This document shows positions 35,782 to 42,243 of a DNA stretch of 42,243 nucleotides, one piece after another. A model generated the notes under the pieces. The model had not been told where the DNA came from. It saw only the letters and a list, made by a program, of their open reading frames with translations, and searched no databases. The stretch lies in the NCBI GenBank assembly GCA_945952425.1, contig CAMFIX010000001.1, positions 1 to 42,243 on the forward strand, given 5' to 3'. Source of the stretch: an uncultured Pseudorhodobacter sp. GTDB lineage: Bacteria > Pseudomonadota > Alphaproteobacteria > Rhodobacterales > Rhodobacteraceae. How positions within the stretch are numbered: position 1 is the first letter of the stretch; each line of letters starts with the position of its first letter. The position numbers and the translations under genes were made by a program.

Positions 35782-36572
35782 GCCGCCCTGTCCCTCGCCC
35801 ATTCCGCCCCTTCCGCGCGGGTTGACCCGCGTCCGCCCTGACTGCTCGTCTCTCCGGCCTCGCGGACCAGAAGCGCCTTGACCTTCTCGACCACCAGCCC
35901 CCGCCGCCCGAACCGCAGGGCCTCGCTCACATAGCTCTCATTCAGGCCCAGGGCCTGCGACAACGCGGCGGCAGACGGCCAGGTTTGCCCGCACATCGTG
36001 ATCGCATATCTGCCCCCCTCGATCGCTGGGCCGGCGGGCACGCTGGCCGGATCACCGGCTGGATCGCGGTACGCCGCGCGCATGGCGCGGTTCTCGGACG
36101 CCGCCTTGTGGCGCATCACCGCACTCATGATCCTTTCCTTGCCCGCGCGGCTGTTGCGCCGCAGGGTCTTGCCGATCAGCCCGTCGCTGAGGCCGAGCGC
36201 GACCTCGGCCGCCCGCATCGAGGGCCAGGAGAGGCCGGCGATGCTATAGGGCCGCGACCGGTGCGGATTGGGGCAGCGGGGCCCAAGACCTACGGTATCG
36301 GCCCGGTTTTCCGTGAGCGCCTTCCAGACGGCGGCGGCCGTCACGCCAAGCGCGACCCCGGCCTCGCGCGCCGAGGCATAGTCGACACCCCGGATCCTGA
36401 CGGGGCAGGGTTCGATCTTCTGGCGGCCTGCCCCGATGCGGTGGGCGCGCCCAGCCTTGATCTGATTCGCGATATTCTGGGCCGTGCAGCCGAAATGCGC
36501 GGCGGCGGCCTGCAGGGTCGGATAGACCCGGCCATGGATTTCAATGTCACGGTAAAGCCGCTTGCCCATCAC
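35778..36572 (-). CDS. Protein with four NUMOD1-like HTH repeats
   Basis: Four I.G..(Y/W)PS...A...LG units. Confidence 0.7.
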   Translation of the reverse strand: MMGKRLYRDIEIHGRVYPTLQAAAAHFGCTAQNIANQIKAGRAHRIGAGRQKIEPCPVRIRGVDYASAREAGVALGVTAAAVWKALTENRADTVGLGPRCPNPHRSRPYSIAGLSWPSMRAAEVALGLSDGLIGKTLRRNSRAGKERIMSAVMRHKAASENRAMRAAYRDPAGDPASVPAGPAIEGGRYAITMCGQTWPSAAALSQALGLNESYVSEALRFGRRGLVVEKVKALLVREAGETSSQGGRGSTRAEGAEWARDRAA

Positions 36573-36961
36573 GCCGCCCTCAGCTGGTGCCAGCGCTGCT
36601 GGACCGCCGACATGGGCTTGCCCATCTGGCCGGCGAGCGCCGCGAGCGCGGGATACTTGCCCCGTGTCGCCATGACTGCCAGGTCCAGGACCGGGGTCCA
36701 GAACGGGTGCGGCGGCATCTCAGGCAGCGGCGGCATTTCCGGCTCGGGCGCCGGGGCAGCCTGCGTGGTGCGGCGGGCCTTCGTCCGCACGAACGTCTGC
36801 CGCCCAGCCAGCCCCAGCCGGCAGCGGATCGAATTGATCGAGCTGGCCCCCGCCAGTCCCAATTCGGCGGCAATGTGCGCGTGCGACGCCCCGGCTTCCC
36901 AGAGCGCGGTGAAGACGCGATCCTCGGCATCGGTCAGGCGCTTGCGCCGCATCCCGGTCAT
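36569..36961 (-). CDS. GcrA-N-like HTH protein
   Basis: TDAEDRVFTALWEAGASHAHIAAELG...SINSIRCRLGL. Confidence 0.65.
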   Translation of the reverse strand: MTGMRRKRLTDAEDRVFTALWEAGASHAHIAAELGLAGASSINSIRCRLGLAGRQTFVRTKARRTTQAAPAPEPEMPPLPEMPPHPFWTPVLDLAVMATRGKYPALAALAGQMGKPMSAVQQRWHQLRAA

Positions 36962-37665
36962 GCCGCCACCTCTTGCGGCCAGGGGTCGTAGTCGCCCGGC
37001 CGCTCCAGCCGCTGCCGGCAGGGGGCAATCCACTCGAAGCGCGTCTCGGCCGCAGGCTTCAGCACCCCGTCCCAGACCAGCCAGGCATAGGCCGTGGCCG
37101 ACGCCCCATCGGCCGTCACCCGGCCCTTTTGCATTACCACCCGCTCGGAAAATTGCAGGACGCGGTTCGGCCGCCAGCGCCGGAACAGGCGGTCGTAGCG
37201 GCCCTTGCCTTCCAGGAAGGCCGTCCGCACGATCACCGCCACGCCATGGGTCGAGGTCTCGCGCGCACGCTTGATGAAGGCCTCGGCCAGGCGGAAGGGC
37301 GGGTTGGTGATCGTCCAGTCGAGCCGCAACAGGGGCTCGGGGAAAAGGAAGTCGCGGACCGGGTAGCCGACGCCATAATCATGCACGTCGCTCGCCTCGA
37401 CCCCGCAGAAGTACTCGGCGAGCGGCCGTGCCATGTAGCCCCGATTCCCTTCCCGACCACTCCCCGAAGTACTACAGGCCGTCGGCGCATGTGCCGGCCC
37501 GCGCCTCGGCGAGGCGTCCCCCGGCAGCCTGTCGGCCGGGTTTTGCAGATGCTCGCAGAGCGCCCGCACCGCCCAGGGCGGCGTCGGGAAATCGTCCAGG
37601 CTGTCGTGCGGCTCTCTCCGGCGCTGCATGACGGCGGTCGAGCGGTTTTGTGCACCCCCGCTCAT
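36958..37665 (-). CDS. Amino (N6A/N4C) DNA methyltransferase-like; motif I region looks disturbed
   Basis: DDFPTPPWA, ITNPPF, AFLEGKGRY, ATAYAWLVW. Confidence 0.8.
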   Translation of the reverse strand: MSGGAQNRSTAVMQRRREPHDSLDDFPTPPWAVRALCEHLQNPADRLPGDASPRRGPAHAPTACSTSGSGREGNRGYMARPLAEYFCGVEASDVHDYGVGYPVRDFLFPEPLLRLDWTITNPPFRLAEAFIKRARETSTHGVAVIVRTAFLEGKGRYDRLFRRWRPNRVLQFSERVVMQKGRVTADGASATAYAWLVWDGVLKPAAETRFEWIAPCRQRLERPGDYDPWPQEVAA

Positions 37666-37994
37666 GGCCAGCCCCCGATCAGGGCCGCAATGGCCGCGAG
37701 CAAGAACAGGCCAGTGAGGACGGTTAGCCGCCGGCTGGCGCGGAGGCGGGCGGTGGCATGGGCGTAAATCCGGTTTGCAAGGGCCTGCAGCTCCCGCGCC
37801 TGTTCAAGGATTGCATCGGCCGCAAGGTCGTCCGGCTCCGCGACCCTCTGACCGCGCTTCAGCTCGTCGATCTCGGCCAGCAGTTCCTCGACGAACTCCC
37901 GCGTGAGCCTGACGTTTGCGCGCGACAGGCCGTAGGAGGTCAGCTTCTCGATCGCCGTCAGGTCGTCCCATTTCTTCGGCAGCGTGTCGGTCAT
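37662..37994 (-). CDS. Hypothetical protein with C-terminal TM helix
   Basis: GGAGG RBS; ATGA overlaps. Confidence 0.65.
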   Translation of the reverse strand: MTDTLPKKWDDLTAIEKLTSYGLSRANVRLTREFVEELLAEIDELKRGQRVAEPDDLAADAILEQARELQALANRIYAHATARLRASRRLTVLTGLFLLAAIAALIGGWP

Positions 37995-38491
37995 TCCGGC
38001 CACCTCCGCCGGTAGACCGCAATCAGCGCCTCGACGGGCAGGCCGCAGCCCAGCCGTTCGGCCACACCCAAAAGCATCCGCTCGTCACAGCCCCAGGCCG
38101 GATCGTCGAACATGAGCCACGGCGCGCGTTCGGCCATCCACAGCCAGGCCGCCAGCCGGTCGGCCAGGATCAGCCAGTCCAGGTCGCTGCCCGACAGCTC
38201 GGCCACCGGGCAGATCGCGGCGCGGGCTTCCGCCTCTGCCTCGGCATGGGGGGCGGCGATGTCGGGCCGGGCCATCTTGAAAGGGGCCGGCAGGTCGCCG
38301 CAGCCCATCTCGCCCACATCATGCCAGAGCGCCTCGCGCACCAGATCGAGCGAGGGCGCGGGATGCAGCGCCAGGACCAGGCTTGCGACCGCCCACTGGT
38401 GCTGGGCGTTGGTCTCGCCCGTATGCGCCATGTCCGGGTCGGTATGCCAGCGCCGCACCAGGCCAGACCGGATCAGCTTGTAGGGGTTCAT
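37991..38491 (-). CDS. HD-domain phosphohydrolase (YfbR-like deoxynucleotidase)
   Basis: VRRWH...ETNAQH...ALWHDVGE...GDLPAPFK...LAD. Confidence 0.85.
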   Translation of the reverse strand: MNPYKLIRSGLVRRWHTDPDMAHTGETNAQHQWAVASLVLALHPAPSLDLVREALWHDVGEMGCGDLPAPFKMARPDIAAPHAEAEAEARAAICPVAELSGSDLDWLILADRLAAWLWMAERAPWLMFDDPAWGCDERMLLGVAERLGCGLPVEALIAVYRRRWPE

Positions 38492-38511
38492 GCCGCACCC
38501 CCCTTCTGGAT

Positions 38512-38945
38512 CCGGGGCCGCGCCACCCGGTGGGGGTTGGACAGGACGCGGCCCCGGCTGCGCCCCGTGATGGGCGCGCAGGGGAAAAAGGCGCGGCGGG
38601 CCGTGCCCCCGCCCGCCGCGCCAGGTGTGCGACCCCGCGACGGACCCCGGACAAAGGGCCGCGCGGTACGGGCCGCAGGCAGGACCGTGGCCCCGCAGGA
38701 AAGGCGGGCGGGACCGAAGCCCCGCCCCAGGTCCAACAGGGAGGAACGCGCTTGACCCCGCGCCGGGATGGGCCGAGAGGCAATCGGACAGGCAGGGCGC
38801 CCGCTGCGGCGGCCGACCGGAACGGGCTGCGGATTTGCAACGTTGCCGACTGGCCGCCCCGAAGGGTGTCGGGCGTATCCGCCGCTTGCTGCGTGAGTGC
38901 GGGGCCCGTCTTTCTCTATGGCCCTGCCCTGCCTGTCAAATTGCC
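38512..38945 (-). ncRNA. Putative structured RNA / attenuator region in the early operon
   Basis: Several 9-12 bp stems, UUCG loops and an anti-SD-like TTCCTCCC. Confidence 0.45.
38585..38622 (-). terminator. Intrinsic terminator in the early operon
   Basis: 12-bp stem GGCGCGGCGGGC/GCCCGCCGCGCC followed by TTTTT. Confidence 0.65.
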
Positions 38946-38948
38946 CAC

Positions 38949-39263
38949 TCATCCCTGGGCCTCGATCTCTGCAAGGAAATCCAGCAGGTCCTGCGTGGGG
39001 TGCACTTCCATGGTCACCTGACCGCAGCCACAGAAGCAGCGCACGACACGGACGGTGCCGATCGCCTCGACGCCTTTTTCCGCTCGGAGAACCAGGCCGC
39101 GGACACGCTCGGCGACGACGGGATGATCCTCCATCGCCTGCTCAATCCGGGCGACGCATGCCCACATCGGGCGGACGTCGAGCGCCAGGACCACATCCTC
39201 GCCACCGCCGTCCAACCCAAAACTTTGGTCCAAAACTTTTGCATCCGGCGCCCGATCGGTCAT
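38949..39263 (-). CDS. Hypothetical protein (CFCGC motif)
   Basis: GGAGGA RBS; ATGA overlap. Confidence 0.6.
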   Translation of the reverse strand: MTDRAPDAKVLDQSFGLDGGGEDVVLALDVRPMWACVARIEQAMEDHPVVAERVRGLVLRAEKGVEAIGTVRVVRCFCGCGQVTMEVHPTQDLLDFLAEIEAQG

Positions 39264-39592
39264 GCCCGCTCCTCCCACTCGGCCAGGAACCAGGCCACCG
39301 CCTGGGGAAAGGTCAGGAACACCAGCGCCACCGTGTCGCCCGACGCGCGGTGCGCGCCGTTCCACCAGTTGAGCGCGGTCTGGTAGCGGACGCCGAACAG
39401 CGCGGCCACCATCTCGGGGTCGCGGAAATTCGCCTGCAGCCAGCGCGCGAAGGCCGGCGCGAACCAGTCGCGGAACCCCTCGGCCGCCAGCGCCTGGTCG
39501 GCCCGGCCGCCACCGGCAACGGCCACAGGCCGGGGCTCTGCCCCAGAATTTTGGGCCAAAACATTTGACCGGGACTTTTGAGTGGCCGCCAT
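39260..39592 (-). CDS. CII-like HTH regulator
   Basis: PEMVAALFGVRYQTALNWWNG HTH; immediately after cro. Confidence 0.65.
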   Translation of the reverse strand: MAATQKSRSNVLAQNSGAEPRPVAVAGGGRADQALAAEGFRDWFAPAFARWLQANFRDPEMVAALFGVRYQTALNWWNGAHRASGDTVALVFLTFPQAVAWFLAEWEERA

Positions 39593-39648
39593 GCCACCCT
39601 CAGGCCGTGGAGAGTGCAGCGGATGAAAGGACCGGGGGGACGTCGCGT

Positions 39649-39909
39649 TCATGCGGCGTCCTCTCGCGCGTCGGGGGCCGGGGTCGTCACATCGCGGTCC
39701 GGCGCAGGCAGCAGCTCGCGCGGAAAGAAATCATCGGCCGTCAGGCAGATGTCATGCTGCGCGCCCAACGCCATGATCCGCGCCTTGTCCTCGTCCGGGA
39801 TCGAGCCGCGCTCGCCCCAGCTGCCCACGGTCGACGTCGGCCGCTCCATCAAGCGAGCCAGCGCCCGCACGCCGCCGAACCTCTGAATGATCTTCTGCGC
39901 ATAGTTCAT
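39649..39909 (-). CDS. cro: Cro-like HTH protein
   Basis: IIQRFGGVRALARLMERPTSTVGSWGERGSIP; divergent from the repressor. Confidence 0.8.
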   Translation of the reverse strand: MNYAQKIIQRFGGVRALARLMERPTSTVGSWGERGSIPDEDKARIMALGAQHDICLTADDFFPRELLPAPDRDVTTPAPDAREDAA

Positions 39910-39922
39910 GACCGCGTTTGTG

Positions 39923-39992
39923 CGCGAAATGCGTACGACAATCAAGCGCAATTTGCGGACGGACAGATTTGCCCCCCCGCGCGCAGGATGCG
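39923..39992. promoter_or_regulatory. Three operators (OR-like), CGCR-N3-TGCG
   Basis: CGCGAAATGCG at 39923, CGCAATTTGCG at 39947, CGCAGGATGCG at 39982. Confidence 0.75.
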
Positions 39993-39995
39993 CAC

Positions 39996-40793
39996 ATGAC
40001 TTTTCCTGATATTCCCCACCGCCTGAAGGCGCTGCGCGAGGCCGCCGGCCTCTCCATCCGCGCACTCGCCGCCGAGCTCGGCATGTCCTCTTCGGGCTAT
40101 GCTCATTATGAGACCCCGGCCCGTTTCAAGGATGCCTATCTGCCGATGCAGATGGCCCAGGATCTGGCTAGGATCTTGGCGGCGCACGGCGTCAGCCCGG
40201 ACGACGTGATGGCCCTGGCCGGCAGCGCAGCCCCGGCAAGCATGCGCCCTCGACCGACGCCTGGCCTTTCCGAGGATGCCGCCCGGCCATGGGTGCCACA
40301 GGCCAGCCGGCGCGATGCCGTCGACGTGCTGATCAGGGCGCTGGCGCCAGGCGCGCTCAACCCCGGCACATTTGAGATGTCTCGCGCGATACCCGCATTC
40401 GGCCTGCTGAAGGGCGACATCGTTATCGTCGATCGCAAGCGCCTGCCGGTCGCGGGTGAGGTAGCACTGGCCAACGCGCGCACCGACGATGGCCTGATGT
40501 CGACCATTGTCGGCCGCTTCCTTCCGCCGCTGCTTTTCACCGCGGAAAGCCTGACGGACGGCTCAATTTATGACGTCACCGCCGGCGACGTCGCGGTCTA
40601 TCACCCGATCCTGGCGAGCTTCCGGACACACGAGACCCACGACGGCCCCACCAAAGCGGGATCACCTCTGGGCCACCTCGGCGGACCAGTAGGTCCCGTC
40701 GTAGGTCGCCTTGCAGGCAAAGTCCGCCCAGACGAGCGCGCCGAAGCCGTTGCGGGCGCGAGCCTTGAACCGGAAGGCCCGCGCATTTTCTGA
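39996..40793 (+). CDS. cI: CI-like repressor (XRE HTH plus degenerate S24-like domain)
   Basis: RLKALREAAGLSIRALAAELGMSSSGYAHYE; GDIVIVDR; no RBS, possibly leaderless. Confidence 0.82.
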   Translation: MTFPDIPHRLKALREAAGLSIRALAAELGMSSSGYAHYETPARFKDAYLPMQMAQDLARILAAHGVSPDDVMALAGSAAPASMRPRPTPGLSEDAARPWVPQASRRDAVDVLIRALAPGALNPGTFEMSRAIPAFGLLKGDIVIVDRKRLPVAGEVALANARTDDGLMSTIVGRFLPPLLFTAESLTDGSIYDVTAGDVAVYHPILASFRTHETHDGPTKAGSPLGHLGGPVGPVVGRLAGKVRPDERAEAVAGASLEPEGPRIF

Positions 40794-41027
40794 GCCCCCG
40801 GGTTCCTGCAGCCACTGTCCGTAGGGCTCGGCGTCGAACCCCGACGGGTCCGCCAGGCGGCTCTTCGTCTCGTTCTCGCACCTGATCATGGCACCCTGCA
40901 GCCGCTCCGCCGCGACCTCGGCCGGGGACTTCTGGCGCGCCGGCCCGAAGACCATGTAGCCACCGATCGCCAGCAACAGGATCAGCGGCACGAGGCAACC
41001 GGCCCGGCTCCCAGCCTTCATCGCCAT
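40662..41027 (-). CDS. Membrane-anchored periplasmic protein in the immunity region
   Basis: GGAGG RBS; N-terminal TM; C...KSRLADPS...ARNGFGA...C. Confidence 0.7.
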   Translation of the reverse strand: MAMKAGSRAGCLVPLILLLAIGGYMVFGPARQKSPAEVAAERLQGAMIRCENETKSRLADPSGFDAEPYGQWLQEPGGSENARAFRFKARARNGFGALVWADFACKATYDGTYWSAEVAQR

Positions 41028-41102
41028 TCGCCCTCCCAAGGTCCAGACGCAACGCATGGTGCCGTCCGCACGCGCCACGTCAAGGGCGCGAATCGCCCTG
41101 TC

Positions 41103-41158
41103 CGCCACATGCGCGCGGTGTCCGCATTTTGCGTTTGACTTTATGTCCGCATGATGCG
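41103..41158. promoter_or_regulatory. Three operators (OL-like) flanking a TTGACT -35 box
   Basis: CGCCACATGCG at 41103, CGCATTTTGCG at 41123, CGCATGATGCG at 41148; TTGACT at 41135-41140. Confidence 0.75.
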
Positions 41159-41192
41159 AACACTCGGCCCCATCAAACCGATGGAGGCTCCC

Positions 41193-41339
41193 ATGTGGCG
41201 CAAGCCCTTCGACCCCGCCGACCCCCGCCAGGTCATCGCCCTCTTCGCCCTGACCCTTGGGGCGCTCGCCCTGGCGATGATCACGGCCGATGTGCTGATC
41301 CCGGCGCTGGTGCGCTGGCAGCTGGGGGTCGGGCAATGA
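41193..41339 (+). CDS. Small membrane protein, first gene of the early-left operon
   Basis: GGAGG RBS; one TM helix. Confidence 0.65.
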   Translation: MWRKPFDPADPRQVIALFALTLGALALAMITADVLIPALVRWQLGVGQ

Positions 41340-41740
41340 TGATCCTCGACGGCACGCTGCCCGCGACGCTCGCCTGCCTCGCGGCGATCACCGACCCGGG
41401 GCAGCGGCTCCGCATCTTCACCGGCGCCATCATCAAGCGGGGCGGCACCATCATCCTGCCGCCCGACGCGGGCGATGCGCAGGACCACTGGGGCCCGCAC
41501 GTTGTCGAATTTTCGCTGCACGGCATCCTCGGCACCGGCGCGACGCCGTCCGAGGCGCTGGCCGAATGGACAAAATGCGCGACCCGCCAGGTCGAGGCCG
41601 AACGCATCGTCCGCGAAGCGACCGCCCCGCCCGAGGATCTGCAGGAGGCCTGCCTTCTGGTCCGCACCCGCTCGCGCGACCCCGCCGCGATCGACCAGGG
41701 CCGCCGCCTGCAGGCCGCGCTGGCGATGGGGATGCAGTGA
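41336..41740 (+). CDS. Hypothetical protein
   Basis: Coupled ORF; HGILGTGATPSEALAEW motif. Confidence 0.65.
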   Translation: MMILDGTLPATLACLAAITDPGQRLRIFTGAIIKRGGTIILPPDAGDAQDHWGPHVVEFSLHGILGTGATPSEALAEWTKCATRQVEAERIVREATAPPEDLQEACLLVRTRSRDPAAIDQGRRLQAALAMGMQ

Positions 41741-42075
41741 TGCAGGAACAGGAGCTTTCCACCCTCGCCCTGACCGGCGGCTACCCGCTGGGCCGCGCCA
41801 TCGTCATTGTCGAGAACGGTGAACCGTGGGTCACGGCCTTCATCCTCGACAAAGGGGACAGGTTGCTGCGGCTCCATTTCCACGATGCCGGCGAAATCAT
41901 CATCGAAACCGGCAGGACTCCGTTTCTGGAGATAGATTCCGCCTCCCTGCGCCTGATCCGCGATCTGGCCGAGGAAGGCCGCGACCTGGCCGCCGACCTC
42001 GCCCGATGCCGCGGCGACTTCGTTCACCTCGTTACCCACCCCCGGCCCATCGACCTGCACGAGACGCTGGCATGA
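41740..42075 (+). CDS. Hypothetical protein
   Basis: TGATG and ATGA coupling. Confidence 0.6.
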   Translation: MQEQELSTLALTGGYPLGRAIVIVENGEPWVTAFILDKGDRLLRLHFHDAGEIIIETGRTPFLEIDSASLRLIRDLAEEGRDLAADLARCRGDFVHLVTHPRPIDLHETLA

Positions 42076-42243
42076 CCCGGCTTACCCGCTTCTGGATGGT
42101 CTGCCGCGCGCCCACCCACCCAGGCTCGCAGACCCGACCCGTCGAGCGCTACCCGAGCCTCGCGGATGCGCGCGCCGCCGCCAGGCGCATCGCCCTGACC
42201 GGCGGCGCGGCCTTCGTCATCCTCGAAACCGTCGAGATCGTCG
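42072..42243 (+). CDS. Small phage protein spanning the circular junction (ends at TGA 111-113)
   Basis: MTRLTRFWMVCRAP...RYPSLADARAAARR(I/L)ALTGGAAFVILETVEIVGIPDDDAPPLL. Confidence 0.7.
   Translation, partial: MTRLTRFWMVCRAPTHPGSQTRPVERYPSLADARAAARRIALTGGAAFVILETVEIV
42166..42243. repeat. Terminal overlap (right copy)
   Basis: Matches 1-78 with one mismatch. Confidence 0.95.

Noticed and set aside
37991-38491. 2-aminoadenine (Z-genome) pathway
   Set aside because: No purZ, mazZ or phage DNA polymerase found
38488-38952. 154-aa ORF as a real protein
   Set aside because: Low-complexity Arg/Gly/Pro sequence with an internal terminator; it does overlap both neighbours by ATGA, so translation is not fully excluded

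Overview
The window is an apparently complete, circularised ~42.2 kb high-GC temperate siphovirus with lambda-like cos/GpA packaging. Gene content (GapR-, GcrA-, DUF2190- and DUF6441-like genes) suggests an alphaproteobacterial, probably Rhodobacteraceae, host. The ends overlap by 78 bp with one mismatch, and an ORF reads through the junction. Layout: early-left operon (41.2 kb through the junction to the integrase at 4.8 kb); an intact attP with a tRNA-3'-end core; a 7-gene accessory operon built around an IbrA/IbrB (PAPS-reductase-like plus ParB-like) pair (5.1-9.0 kb); lysis, tail, head and terminase genes on the minus strand (9.0-32.8 kb); a putative cos site, a tRNA-like RNA and a late promoter/terminator (32.8-33.2 kb); an early-right replication/regulation operon (33.2-39.9 kb); and a cro/cI switch with six related operators. 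Best candidates for undescribed biology are the extended IbrAB operon (two apparent paralogous accessory genes, a Cys-cluster protein and a regulator), an atypical tRNA-like RNA in the late leader, a highly structured non-coding segment in the early operon, and a 1432-aa virion protein with six FN3 repeats. All family calls come from motif recognition by eye, not database searches.
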